In this document: in pieces, positions 9,253 to 20,293 of the stretch
Layout: each line of letters starts with the position of its first letter
How positions within the stretch are numbered: position 1 is the first letter of the stretch
IMG/VR virus record: IMGVR_UViG_3300035180_002574
Location: 32,001 to 96,000 of that record
DNA length: 64,000 bases
Source: a virus
Direction: 5' to 3' (one strand)
Program-made: the position numbers and the translations under genes
Notes under the pieces: model-generated
The model's database searches: none
Seen by the model: only the letters and a program-made list of their open reading frames with translations
Told to the model about the DNA's origin: nothing

Positions 9253-10464
9253 TTATTTGCAAATACTATCAACTGCTATTAAGCCAGAAACGCCCGCACT
9301 TAATAAACCAGGGATGCCGGCACTTTCGCCAACAACAAACATGCCCCCTACTTCTGTCTCTAAATTATTACCAATATTTATTTTTGGAGCCAGAGGCATG
9401 ATAGTTGGGGCATGATAATAACCTTTGGTAGCTAAATCTGGAATGATTGCCGTCAATTCATTAATTGATTCTTTTAACCAATCATATTCTTTAATATCTG
9501 ATATTTTAGATTTACCAGACAAAATATGAGTTATTCTTTCTTTAATAACTCTATCGTTAGTTAAAACAAATGTTAATTTACCAATTCTATCTGTTTGTTC
9601 AAATCCTTTATTTGGAAAGGGTCTATTTCCTATTAAAGAAAATGAAACCTTATCTGATAACCATCTATTTTCATTGGATCTAAATGCAGATATAGCCATG
9701 TCGATATGATCTTCTGGAATAACCGTTCCATTCCATGAAAATGGTCCTAACTCCAAATCATCTCGTATTAAAGAACAGTTGGACTTATTAAAATCCTTCA
9801 TATATGAAGAATTAATTTCCACTCTAATTCCAAATCTAGCAATATCGTTATTATCTACAATTCCAAATGAATTGAATAGATCTTTAGCCCATCTCCAACC
9901 ACTCCTACCAGCTGCAATAATTACTTTTTTACATTTATACTCTTGACCTTCGCCTCCAATAATAACGAAGTATCCCTTTTGTTTGTAAATGGTTTTGATT
10001 TCATTATCAAAACTCAAAGTAACGTTTTTACAATCTTCGGCTGCATCAGAAATGTATTTAGACAATGAATGTACTTCTTTTGGGTACATTTGAATGTAAT
10101 CATTCGTAACTATCTGAAAATTAAGTTTATTAATTTTCTTGGTGAGAGCCGCATTGGGAGCCTTATCACGTATGATTTTAAACAAATCAATATTTGACAA
10201 TGCTTTATTTAACCAAGTATTGGCTGATTTTGCTCTGCGTAATCCAGTGATTTCTGCCACTCTATCAATATCGCTAAGATAGAACTTTCCATCACTGTTT
10301 GGAAGACACCCGAGCCAACCCTCTAGCTGGCGGCGCCTTTTCATGGGCGGTCTGCCCAAATCAAAAACTATAGTTTTAACGTCACGATACTCTTTTGCAA
10401 TCTTCAAAGTTGCAAAAGCTCCCGCCACACCGGCACCAATGATTCCTATATCGAAATTACTCAT
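9253..10464 (-). CDS. FAD-dependent oxidoreductase
   Basis: IGIIGAGVAG (GxGxxG), IIAAGRSG, C-terminal ETEVGGMFVVGESAG. Confidence 0.8.
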   Translation of the reverse strand: MSNFDIGIIGAGVAGAFATLKIAKEYRDVKTIVFDLGRPPMKRRRQLEGWLGCLPNSDGKFYLSDIDRVAEITGLRRAKSANTWLNKALSNIDLFKIIRDKAPNAALTKKINKLNFQIVTNDYIQMYPKEVHSLSKYISDAAEDCKNVTLSFDNEIKTIYKQKGYFVIIGGEGQEYKCKKVIIAAGRSGWRWAKDLFNSFGIVDNNDIARFGIRVEINSSYMKDFNKSNCSLIRDDLELGPFSWNGTVIPEDHIDMAISAFRSNENRWLSDKVSFSLIGNRPFPNKGFEQTDRIGKLTFVLTNDRVIKERITHILSGKSKISDIKEYDWLKESINELTAIIPDLATKGYYHAPTIMPLAPKINIGNNLETEVGGMFVVGESAGIPGLLSAGVSGLIAVDSICK

Positions 10465-10528
10465 ATTTTAATATTCCGCAAATGTGCTTATGCACACGCC
10501 GAGTATTATATCATGAGGTAAATTTCTT

Positions 10529-11182
10529 TTACACTTTTTCGATCAATACATCAATAGTATCAAGCACTTTATCATCATATGGGTGCTGGTTATTTAAAAT
10601 CTTTTGAATAGCACCATCAAATTGCCTGTCGATATTAGAAAATGGCCACATATAATAATAGTATCTTTCTTTAAACTGTTCTAGATAGCCCCGTTTGCTC
10701 ATATTTAGGTCTACACTAAAATTTAGTTTTTTACTTAATTTATACAAAGAGTACATCGAGACAATATAAGCCCTCTTTTCAAAATACATTCTAAAATAAG
10801 CTGGAATTGGCAAAGCAGCGATAATTAATAAAGGCAAGAATATCTTCCAAGACAATAATAGAAGAGGTAGAAATAATAAAACTAATATCTGTGGAAACAA
10901 ATATAAGAACCCAAAGAGAAATTTACTAATCTTTTTGGCATCATTAATATGTATTAATTCATGAAGTAAGACTATAGAGCTTGATACTGGTCTTGCTTTA
11001 ACAGAACTTTCGGTAGGGAAATAAACGGTGGAACCAATAGTAGTGATATAACTACTCATAAAATCTTTATTGAAAAATAGTAATTTGCCCAATATTTTCA
11101 TAAAAGTAGATTGATCTTTGTATTTAATCTGAAGATCTGGGAAATTTTCTTTTGCACTAGAAACTAAACTATCAAATGACAT
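10529..11182 (-). CDS. Membrane-associated HExxH Zn-metallopeptidase-like protein
   Basis: ITTIGSTVYFP...LLHELIH, a hydrophobic helix, then FEKRAY; likely start MSFDSL at 11182. Confidence 0.55.
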   Translation of the reverse strand: MSFDSLVSSAKENFPDLQIKYKDQSTFMKILGKLLFFNKDFMSSYITTIGSTVYFPTESSVKARPVSSSIVLLHELIHINDAKKISKFLFGFLYLFPQILVLLFLPLLLLSWKIFLPLLIIAALPIPAYFRMYFEKRAYIVSMYSLYKLSKKLNFSVDLNMSKRGYLEQFKERYYYYMWPFSNIDRQFDGAIQKILNNQHPYDDKVLDTIDVLIEKV

Positions 11183-11219
11183 AATGACCGCCTTTACGCC
11201 CAATTTATCAGGCACAGGA

Positions 11220-11239
11220 TATACTAAATTTTTAGTATA
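11220..11239. promoter_or_regulatory. Perfect palindrome TATACTAAA-TT-TTTAGTATA at a divergent promoter region
   Basis: Inverted repeat read directly, between divergent starts 11182 and 11266. Confidence 0.45.
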
Positions 11240-11265
11240 TATGTGAAATTTATAGAGGTTAAACA

Positions 11266-14200
11266 ATGGTACAAACAAAATATCCAGCTCAATTAGATGA
11301 TAATGCTAGTCTTCCAAAGGCTGTAGATAATAAAACTCCTGTTCAAGCAGACGTAGTTAATAGGTTGCGTGCTGCCATTATTGCTACAGAGTCAGAACTT
11401 GGTGTAAAACCAAGCGGAGTGTATTCTACAGTTAGATCAAGATTAGATATCATTGAAAATGGTTTGAATAATCTTCAAATAATTAAATTAAATCAAGATT
11501 TGGGTGGAACTTTAGATGCACCAAAAGTCATCGGAATTCAGGGAAGACCAGTTTCTAGCGCAAATCCAAACTTATTTGACGCCATTGTTTGGAATGGAAT
11601 TGCCTGGGCGCCTCATGCTATTGGGCTACATGGAGTAATAATTTCTGGAGATCTTTCCGGAGATACAAACTCTCAACGAGTTATTGGAATTCAAGGAAGA
11701 CCAGTTTCTAATACCGCTCCAACTACTGGACAATCATTAGTTTGGAATGGATCTACATGGACTCCAGGCGGTGGATCCAATACGCTAGATGGTGATGTTA
11801 CAGGAGATTCATCTACCAATATCGTTTCTTATATTAAAGGAATTGCTTCTCCAGATCCTGCACATATTGCTGTAGCTGATTTAATTGAAGTTAAATCTGA
11901 TACTACACCACCTCCGCCAGCGGTTGAGGTTCCAAATATTACATCACCTTGTTTTGTAGTAAGCTCTTCCGATGGGTATATTTATGTTGGACAAAACTTT
12001 CCAGATATGGGTCCGGGTCCTGTTCCTATTCCTTCTCCATACGCAAAAGTATATAAAATTAACGTAGACGGAAATGTTGTTTATGGATCTTCATTAATTG
12101 ATTTGTCGAGCATTTGTGATAGTATTTATGATTTGGCAGAAGATGATAATTATTTATATACTGTCTTTGGTGAACATGGCGATGTATTTGCCGCCATCAT
12201 TAATAAATCAACTATGGTAATTGCTGGTTATGGCGCTTTACAAGGCAATGGAAATTCCATTTGTGCCGATAATGCTGGTAATTTTTATTGTATCAGTTAT
12301 AATAGTGGTGTAGGAAATGTATATATTGAAAAATTTATAACAGCAGATTGTTTAGGAACCATTCCTACAACTGCTCCAACATCCAAGGTATCGGCATTGC
12401 TAACCAATACTATTTATAAAATAACGTTTGGTGGTGGTAAAATTTGGGGATGTAATGGTGGCGAATCGGATTATGCGGTAACAAGATTTAATTCAACTAC
12501 TTTAGCTGTAGAATTAGAAGCAAATCTAGTTGGAGATACCACTCTTACTCAGGCAGATGCCATATTGTATAGTAATTCTTTTGTGTGGGCAGGCACTGGA
12601 AGTATAGTATTCAAATTAAACCCTACAGATTTATCTACTCTAAATTATTATGTACTATCAATACCTGCATCATTTAACACGATCGTTCAGCTATGTGGGG
12701 GTCCAGATAATTCTGGAAATTTGCATAATTGTATTTATGCGTCGGATAGATATAATTCTGTAATTGGTCAAATAAATATAAATACCGGATCTGTTAATGT
12801 ATATCCTATGTCTTCCAATAATAATAATGTTATTGCGGGAATAGCTTCAATTGGTAGATTTGTATATGGTATGGTGCCATCAAATAAATTCTCCACAGCT
12901 CAAGTTAGAGTATTTAGTTCATTTAATCAATCTAATAAATCTTTAGTGGGTTATGTTCCTCCAGCTCCTCCAGCCCCTCCACCATATTTGGCTTATTCTA
13001 AAATTGGTGGGGATATATCTGGACCAATAACCAATGTAGTTTTAGAATCAATAAAAGGAATATCAGTACCAGAATATAAGGGAGAGCCTGATAATGACGT
13101 TTTAGGGTTAAAAACTTTAAATATATTTAGCATGCCAACAGGATCGCATTATGATGTTAACACCGGTTTACTTTGGGTCACTGATTATAATTATCCTTAT
13201 GTACATGCCATAGATACCAAAAAAAGACAAGTAATAGCAACTATTAGATTAAATAATGTTATTCAACCAATGGAATCTTCATTTACATGGGAATTAAATG
13301 TTAATGAAGGTCAAACTACTGATTATGGATTAAGACTAACAGCAGATGACGATTATGTTTATATTAATGATAACTCTGATAGTGATCCTTCATTAATATT
13401 TGTCATTAGCAAAAAAACTAAAAAAGTAGTGGGAGTATTAAATACTACTGATCCTGTAGTAGATCTATCACCAGATAACAAAGGTAATTTATGGGTAACT
13501 GTTAATTTTGCCGGGTATCCAGACTCTCCGCCACCAGGATTTACCAACGTTAGAAGATATAGTTTACAGCCAATTTTAGCATCATTTCCGGCAACATATG
13601 TTCTTAATGCAAGTGTTGCTACTATGATTGATAATCAATTTAGTGCAATTTGCTATGGAGATAATGAAGTTTGGGCAGGTTCAAATGACCCAAGCCATAC
13701 TGTATACAGATTAAATGAGTCTGCCAACATCATATCTTCGGGTGGAGCATCGCTTTCTAATTTTACAAACTATTATGGTATGTCATATATAAATGGTAAC
13801 GTATATGCTGGATCCAATAATAGATCTTTAGTAAAAATTAGTCCGTCATTATTCCCGGGTCCAGGCTCTATTACAACAAGAAATATTGGTATTATTGTAC
13901 CAGGTACTTATAGATTAGCATATCCAGTTTATGATGATGTAAATAAATTAATTTTAGTAGCCGATAATTATAATGCTTTAATTTATAGGTTTGATGAATC
14001 TCACTTTATATTTTTTGACTCTATTAAACAAGATAATTTGATCGGGGGTCATATTGGTTTTCCAAGTGTACCATCAGTAGTTTATTCCAAATCAACTTCT
14101 GAAATTTGGGCGCCAACCGGCTGGCATGCATTAAATATCAATTCAGACACTGGATCAGCAGGAGATGATTATACTACGGCAACATGGTTGGGACCAGTTC

Positions 14201-15960
14201 AATTAGAATATATGTCTCCTCAAACAATTAGTGGCGTAACAGTTAGTGGTACGCCGTCTATTGGTCAAGTATTAACTGCTACTTCTTCTACAACAGCAGA
14301 CTGGGAAACCAAAACATCAAATGTAATTGATGGAGTTACAGTTTCTGGTGTTCCAGCATTTGGACAAGCCATACTAGCAAATTCTAATACTACTGCATCT
14401 TGGCAAGATATCACCACAATAGCTGGTACTTTTATTAATGGGTCCGCATACACCTCTCCTGTTGATAATGTTATATTAACCGCAACTGCATCTGGAAATG
14501 CTAGTTGGTTGCCATTAGCATATGATAATGCTAATGCTGCTAGAGTTACAGATTCTATTGGAGCGTCTGTAGAATATAGATTAGAGAAAAATATAAATAT
14601 AGGATCTAACCCTGGAGACGTTCATATCCATGATGGTTATAATTTATGGGTTATTGGTATTGTTAGTGGTAATTTATACATCACTTGCATAAATAAAATA
14701 ACTGGCAACATTGATTCTAGTAGAACTGGAATATATGATGCTGATGCTACATATTCTGTTGTAGCTGCATCCAGTTATGGATATTTGGTTACTCAAAAAT
14801 ATGCGTGTGGAGTTTATGGAAACGGTCTTAATGGAGAGAAATTCTATATTTATATAGGGTACAAACAAACCTCCACCAACTTACCAGTATTGGCTGTATT
14901 TGATCCGACAACAAATGTATTAACTAAAACAACATTAAGTGTAAGCACGGGGCAAACACGAGCCCTTTTCTTTGATGGCAAATATCTGTGGGCAGCATAC
15001 CAATTAGATAGCGCAAATGGAGTAATTGCTAAGATTGATGCGTTTGGTAATCCCGGCGGTCTTACCGTTACAAGCGCCGTTGCCATTCCAGATACCTGGG
15101 CTCCTTCCATTTTTATTAAAACAAATGTTGGAATAATTTTTATTACATTGGGTCCATCTCCCAACTATTATTCAAATGTTTACATATTTGATAATATTGG
15201 TGCCACCTGCACACTTGTACAAAATGCTTTTGCTCAATACAATACTGTTGCATATGACGGAAACTATATTTATACTGTCCACGCAAATAATGTTACAAAT
15301 AAAAATGGAGTCTCTGCTTCTTTTGGTATTCAATCCTTAAATAAGTATTTTACTAGTGTTTTAGCCTCAGCAAACAAATTAGTATTTGATGGTAGATATA
15401 TTTGGCTATTAAATAGGGGATATGATGGAAAAAATTATCTATATGCCACAGATCCATTATTATATACAAGTAATAGCACTAATTGTATAGTGGCTTGGGG
15501 AATTCAAGCGTCTGGAAACACTACTTACGTATATGACATGACATATGATAACGATTCTATTTGGACGTCTGGACAATCTTATGTTGTACAAATGTCTAAA
15601 AGAAAATATGTAAATACATATGGAATCAATAATGCTGGTCCGCTAGTTGAGAGAGTCAGGTTATCTCAACCGCCATTAACAGTCAGTACAAATGTTAATG
15701 AAAATGAAAATATAATTTTAGTATCTCCTTCTGGCGGGTACGACGCTTCCAATGTAGTTGTTAATCTTCCTGCAAATGCAGTGGTTGGGCAGGAATTTAC
15801 TATCAAAGATGCTGCTGGAACCGCCGCCACACATAATTTGATTATTACTCCTCCTGACGGTCATACCATTGATGGCGCTTCAACACAATCAATCGCCACC
15901 AATTATGGTCGTATGAAAGTAATATACAACGGAAGCAGTTCTTGGTTTATTATAGGATAA
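11266..15960 (+). CDS. Large virion fibre/decoration protein (repeated GDLSG..IQG.PV modules, beta-propeller-like blocks, C-terminal LP..KD..G.A..N..IDG..W module)
   Basis: 1564 aa with internal repeats and Pro-rich linkers; modules shared with neighbouring fibre genes. Confidence 0.7.
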   Translation: MVQTKYPAQLDDNASLPKAVDNKTPVQADVVNRLRAAIIATESELGVKPSGVYSTVRSRLDIIENGLNNLQIIKLNQDLGGTLDAPKVIGIQGRPVSSANPNLFDAIVWNGIAWAPHAIGLHGVIISGDLSGDTNSQRVIGIQGRPVSNTAPTTGQSLVWNGSTWTPGGGSNTLDGDVTGDSSTNIVSYIKGIASPDPAHIAVADLIEVKSDTTPPPPAVEVPNITSPCFVVSSSDGYIYVGQNFPDMGPGPVPIPSPYAKVYKINVDGNVVYGSSLIDLSSICDSIYDLAEDDNYLYTVFGEHGDVFAAIINKSTMVIAGYGALQGNGNSICADNAGNFYCISYNSGVGNVYIEKFITADCLGTIPTTAPTSKVSALLTNTIYKITFGGGKIWGCNGGESDYAVTRFNSTTLAVELEANLVGDTTLTQADAILYSNSFVWAGTGSIVFKLNPTDLSTLNYYVLSIPASFNTIVQLCGGPDNSGNLHNCIYASDRYNSVIGQININTGSVNVYPMSSNNNNVIAGIASIGRFVYGMVPSNKFSTAQVRVFSSFNQSNKSLVGYVPPAPPAPPPYLAYSKIGGDISGPITNVVLESIKGISVPEYKGEPDNDVLGLKTLNIFSMPTGSHYDVNTGLLWVTDYNYPYVHAIDTKKRQVIATIRLNNVIQPMESSFTWELNVNEGQTTDYGLRLTADDDYVYINDNSDSDPSLIFVISKKTKKVVGVLNTTDPVVDLSPDNKGNLWVTVNFAGYPDSPPPGFTNVRRYSLQPILASFPATYVLNASVATMIDNQFSAICYGDNEVWAGSNDPSHTVYRLNESANIISSGGASLSNFTNYYGMSYINGNVYAGSNNRSLVKISPSLFPGPGSITTRNIGIIVPGTYRLAYPVYDDVNKLILVADNYNALIYRFDESHFIFFDSIKQDNLIGGHIGFPSVPSVVYSKSTSEIWAPTGWHALNINSDTGSAGDDYTTATWLGPVQLEYMSPQTISGVTVSGTPSIGQVLTATSSTTADWETKTSNVIDGVTVSGVPAFGQAILANSNTTASWQDITTIAGTFINGSAYTSPVDNVILTATASGNASWLPLAYDNANAARVTDSIGASVEYRLEKNINIGSNPGDVHIHDGYNLWVIGIVSGNLYITCINKITGNIDSSRTGIYDADATYSVVAASSYGYLVTQKYACGVYGNGLNGEKFYIYIGYKQTSTNLPVLAVFDPTTNVLTKTTLSVSTGQTRALFFDGKYLWAAYQLDSANGVIAKIDAFGNPGGLTVTSAVAIPDTWAPSIFIKTNVGIIFITLGPSPNYYSNVYIFDNIGATCTLVQNAFAQYNTVAYDGNYIYTVHANNVTNKNGVSASFGIQSLNKYFTSVLASANKLVFDGRYIWLLNRGYDGKNYLYATDPLLYTSNSTNCIVAWGIQASGNTTYVYDMTYDNDSIWTSGQSYVVQMSKRKYVNTYGINNAGPLVERVRLSQPPLTVSTNVNENENIILVSPSGGYDASNVVVNLPANAVVGQEFTIKDAAGTAATHNLIITPPDGHTIDGASTQSIATNYGRMKVIYNGSSSWFIIG

Positions 15961-15970
15961 TGAGGAATAA

Positions 15971-18394
15971 ATGACAACATATTTTATGAGAGCATACAAA
16001 ACTAGTGCGCCAACTGGTTATGTTCATTGGTCTGTAGAAAATGCTCCAGATGCAACTGGTACAAATTCTGGATATTCTCCAGGTGAATTAAGAAATATTA
16101 CAGTGTCATATGCTTCTGGAAGTGGTGGCGGCGGTGTTTCTGTCGACGGACATCAGCTTAATAAAGATATCATTGAAGTAGCAATGACTAAAAGCGGTCT
16201 TAATGTAAGTCTTATTAGTCCTAAATCAATAATTATTGATGGTAATTATATGTATGTGGGACAGCATGATCCCTATGGAAATATTGAGGCTAATAAAATT
16301 TGGAGATTTACTCTAAATGGCACTGATGTTACTGATGCGACTTATGTAGATTTATATCCAATATTGTCACTTCATTTTAGAACTAAACAAGCAATGACTG
16401 TTAGGGATATAGCGCATGATGCTACATATTTGTATGCAACATGCTGGGATACTGGACAAGTTGCAATTATTCAAAAATCTACTTTTACAGTTGTTGGATG
16501 GGCATCTATTCAAAGAAATGTCGGAAATGCAAAATTAAATGCAGTAAGCGTTGCAACTAGTTATGATTATGATGGAATTACAGATGGATTTTTTTATGTG
16601 ACATCAGTTGGAGATGTACAAAGAATTAGTAAATTTGAGACTTCAGTATTATTGGGTCAAGAGCCATTAAATAATGTGGCAGCTTCTGGATATAATTTAG
16701 ACACACTTCATGTTCGTTGGGTAACATATGCAAATGGCAATTTATGGGTAACTGGAAATAAAGCATTTGCATTAAAACAAATTAATCCTGTAAATATGGG
16801 CTTAACGCATACCGTTTCAACTTTAGGAGGAAGCGATAGTTCTATGGTCGCTACTTATGCATTCGGATCTATTTGGGTCGCAATGGAAAGTGGAGATGTT
16901 TATAGATTAGATCCAAATACATATACAACAAATGCTGGATATCCAATTACTTGCGTAAATAATAATACTCCTGGCGATATAGTTATGGGTCCAAATAAAA
17001 ATGGGATACCAAATACTTTAATGTATATTTCAGATCAAGAGGCTTCTGGATTTAGTAGCATTAATCCGGCTACAAATGTTCATGAATATTTTCAAATGGG
17101 GTCAAATGGACAGGTTGAAGGTATTGCAATATCTGGAAACAATATATATTTTGCAGATCATGGTGCATGGGCAATTGATTATTTTGTAAGAACAACAGGG
17201 CAAACAGGTCATTTGTTTCTTAATAAAGAGCAATTTAGTGTAACACAAAAATATACTGCTATAAGTGGAGATATTAGAACAGACATTAATAATACTAAAG
17301 TTAATATAATTAATGGTGCAAGAATAATGAATGATTTAGGTCATGCTAATATGGTTTTGAAATCAGAACAAAACTATTTTGATACACCATCAGGATTGGC
17401 ATATGATTCTAATAAAAATAACTTATGGATTTCTGATGCTGGAACATCTTTTCTATACAAATATAATGAACAAGATAATTTTTCATATAAAATGTATGAG
17501 CTTGGTGAGCTAAATGTTAATAATATCAAACTAAATAAATATAATAAAGGAATTGATGGCATTAGGAATATTACCATTAATGGCAGTTATTTATTTGCAA
17601 CCCCAACATTTAGTTCAGATTATTCTACTTTTGTAATAGATTTGGACGCAGAAAAATTAATTTGCATTACTGAAGGTACAGCATCAAATGATGATAGAGT
17701 AGATTGTGTTATTGTTAATAATAAATTATGGACATTAAGTTTAACTACATTAGACAAATATGATTTAATAAATGTTACTGATAGAAAATATCCGATTATA
17801 AAACCAATATACTCTATAGTATTAAGCAGCACTGGCGTATATAATACGGCACTAGCGACTGATGGTAGATACATATATTATTCTAATAAAAATGGGCAAT
17901 TATTTTACGTAGATTCTACGTTAACTAATCCTGATACTAAAAGCTTGTGGACACATCCTTTTGCAAATGGCGCCAATTCATTAAAATATGCAAATGGATT
18001 TCTTTGGTATGCAGCTTTTGAAGGCATCTATAAAATAGATGTTTCTAATTTAGCATCTCCAGTAGCAACTTTAATAACAGGCACTAATACAAGTAATAAT
18101 AGCTGGGTTGGCACAGTATATGCAGAGGCATCAATATGGTCTGTAGAAAAAAATACTGGAGCTGGAATGGTTCAAATTGACACTTTAACAAATGCGGTCG
18201 TTAATACTTATATAAATAGTGCCAATGATAGGTTTACTAATATATATTATAATTCTGTTAATAATAAATTATATTTAACTAATCTTAGCTCTCTATCGAA
18301 TGCTCAATCAATTGTATCTTATGATGCAGCATTCCCAGGTTCTGGATCAATAAATAGTCAGGGTCCGCTTGTTTTGCGTTGGAGCGCCCCATAA
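15971..18394 (+). CDS. Beta-propeller-rich putative virion/receptor-binding protein
   Basis: 807 aa with recurring YG/NG..W(V)-type blade motifs and an ISGDI linker like the fibre genes. Confidence 0.6.
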   Translation: MTTYFMRAYKTSAPTGYVHWSVENAPDATGTNSGYSPGELRNITVSYASGSGGGGVSVDGHQLNKDIIEVAMTKSGLNVSLISPKSIIIDGNYMYVGQHDPYGNIEANKIWRFTLNGTDVTDATYVDLYPILSLHFRTKQAMTVRDIAHDATYLYATCWDTGQVAIIQKSTFTVVGWASIQRNVGNAKLNAVSVATSYDYDGITDGFFYVTSVGDVQRISKFETSVLLGQEPLNNVAASGYNLDTLHVRWVTYANGNLWVTGNKAFALKQINPVNMGLTHTVSTLGGSDSSMVATYAFGSIWVAMESGDVYRLDPNTYTTNAGYPITCVNNNTPGDIVMGPNKNGIPNTLMYISDQEASGFSSINPATNVHEYFQMGSNGQVEGIAISGNNIYFADHGAWAIDYFVRTTGQTGHLFLNKEQFSVTQKYTAISGDIRTDINNTKVNIINGARIMNDLGHANMVLKSEQNYFDTPSGLAYDSNKNNLWISDAGTSFLYKYNEQDNFSYKMYELGELNVNNIKLNKYNKGIDGIRNITINGSYLFATPTFSSDYSTFVIDLDAEKLICITEGTASNDDRVDCVIVNNKLWTLSLTTLDKYDLINVTDRKYPIIKPIYSIVLSSTGVYNTALATDGRYIYYSNKNGQLFYVDSTLTNPDTKSLWTHPFANGANSLKYANGFLWYAAFEGIYKIDVSNLASPVATLITGTNTSNNSWVGTVYAEASIWSVEKNTGAGMVQIDTLTNAVVNTYINSANDRFTNIYYNSVNNKLYLTNLSSLSNAQSIVSYDAAFPGSGSINSQGPLVLRWSAP

Positions 18395-19480
18395 TTATGT
18401 ACAAAAACTAAGATTAGATTTAATTCTATTAACTTCATTTTCTGGAAGTTTACCACTAGATAACAGGGCTCTGTTTAAAAACAGAGCCTCTTGTTTTTTA
18501 CCAATATAGAACGCTGCAATTGCAAGCTCATCCATAATCTTCCAGTCATAACATCCTGTATCTACAAATAATGAATCTTGGGGTCTAGATATACTAGACC
18601 CAACTTTGGCATAAAAATAGGCTTTATTAAATAATTTCATCTTTCTACAATAAGCACTTAAATAGCATAATGCTTCGTTTCTAATAGGTAATAAGTTGTG
18701 AGCTAATAAATAACTTGTCTCTATCGTATTTAGATCATTTGGTTGAATTTTTTCTAATAATTTCCCGATTTCTAACGCTGAAACAAATTGTTCTTCAACC
18801 CATCCGCCCATAGAAATTCTTTTATTATAAAACTCTATTGCCTTATAACAATTATTATGATTTGTTATACTAGAATCTCTATATGATTGAGCGCAATAAA
18901 AAACATATCTCTCATTATTTGGCTCTTTTAATAATGCCTTTTCAAATATTAATGCATCATTATAATACTTATTTGGATCTTTTGATCTACTACCAGTGCC
19001 TCCAAAAATAATGCTAACATTTTCTAATTTTGAAACAACTGTATTTGGAGGAGCCTCTAAATATTCATGAAGGACTCCAACCCATTTGCATCTAATATCG
19101 TTTCTAATTAAATGAGGTCTTTGATACGTAATTGAACCATGTTTGATTTCTATTTTATAGATAGGATCTTTCAATTCATTAAATGCTAATTTATCATTTA
19201 CCAATAATGTATCATCTGCGTCAATCCATAAAATATAATCAGATTTATTATAAGATAAGTCGAGCGCTAAATTTCTATTCGTTTCAAAATTTTCCCAGGC
19301 ATGCTCATGAAGCTCGCCAGGAATATCTTTTAAATAATCTCTAATAATCTTTTGAGTTTCATCTGTGCTTCCGGTATCACAGATTACCCAATAATTTATA
19401 AATTGTTTTACAGAGTCGAGACAATCTTTAATGCAGTGTGCTTCGTTTTTAACGATCATTGACAGACAGATTGAAGTCAT
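18395..19480 (-). CDS. GT2 glycosyltransferase with C-terminal TPR-like repeats
   Basis: ICLSMIVKNE, CDTGSTD, RNLAL, ILWIDADD (DxD), HEYL, then helical FYCAQSYRD/AYFYAK repeats. Confidence 0.9.
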   Translation of the reverse strand: MTSICLSMIVKNEAHCIKDCLDSVKQFINYWVICDTGSTDETQKIIRDYLKDIPGELHEHAWENFETNRNLALDLSYNKSDYILWIDADDTLLVNDKLAFNELKDPIYKIEIKHGSITYQRPHLIRNDIRCKWVGVLHEYLEAPPNTVVSKLENVSIIFGGTGSRSKDPNKYYNDALIFEKALLKEPNNERYVFYCAQSYRDSSITNHNNCYKAIEFYNKRISMGGWVEEQFVSALEIGKLLEKIQPNDLNTIETSYLLAHNLLPIRNEALCYLSAYCRKMKLFNKAYFYAKVGSSISRPQDSLFVDTGCYDWKIMDELAIAAFYIGKKQEALFLNRALLSSGKLPENEVNRIKSNLSFCT

Positions 19481-19544
19481 ATTACAACATATACCAGTTT
19501 AACCTATAGCCTTTAAAAATTATAATTTTAAAGTTTGCCTATTT

Positions 19545-20253
19545 TCATATTAAAGAGTCAGTCCTATTCTTAAAAGATATCTGTTGAATTGTTCCTGGAG
19601 CTGAAGGTAATATAATATTTATAGTGCCTATAGTCGGATTTATAGATAGATATCTATCTGTGCTAATAGCAAGATATGGTGACGTATATCCATCTCCAGA
19701 TCCACCATATGGTATATTAGAGCCATTTATATTATAATTGATGATATCCCGCCACCACTTCCGCTTCCTCCTAAATAGGCGCCGGCGTGCCAGGTTCCAG
19801 TTAATGTTCTAAATGCATTTAGATCTACTGACGCTGTATTAACATCAGTTAGCGTTATTTCGCCCGGAATAATTTGCTTATCTAAATTATTAAACACAGT
19901 AATTACCACATATTTATTATTGAAATTATGAGGAATTGTTAATATGCCAGAGCCATCTAAATAACCATCTGTGAATGCAAATATATAACCATCACCAGTA
20001 GCACCTGTGGCTCCGGTAGCGCCTGTAGCCCCAGTTGGTCCTATTATACTAGTATGTGTATGATATCCATCAGCATTACTATTATCTGTTAATTTTTTAA
20101 TGCAGTAGCTATAACTGTTGATCCAACAGAAATATCTGCAATTTTAAATCTATTAGATTCTTGATTTGGTAAATTAATTGTAGTGGATATAAATTTATAT
20201 CCATCCCAAAATATACCATCATACTGATTTATAGGTTTACCAGCGAAACTTAT
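19545..20253 (-). pseudogene. Decayed fibre/collagen-like gene in three reading-frame pieces
   Basis: ATA instead of ATG, then SFAGKPINQYDGIFWDGYKF (cf. SHSGKP..WDGHKF at 22404); -1 shift at A6 (20093-20098) into [25 protein letters not shown]; second -1 shift near 19730 into INGSNIPY..INIILPSAPG; C-terminal module truncated. Confidence 0.75.
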
Positions 20254-20293
20254 TTATTATCACTTATGATTAAATATCAAGTTATTTAAACTA

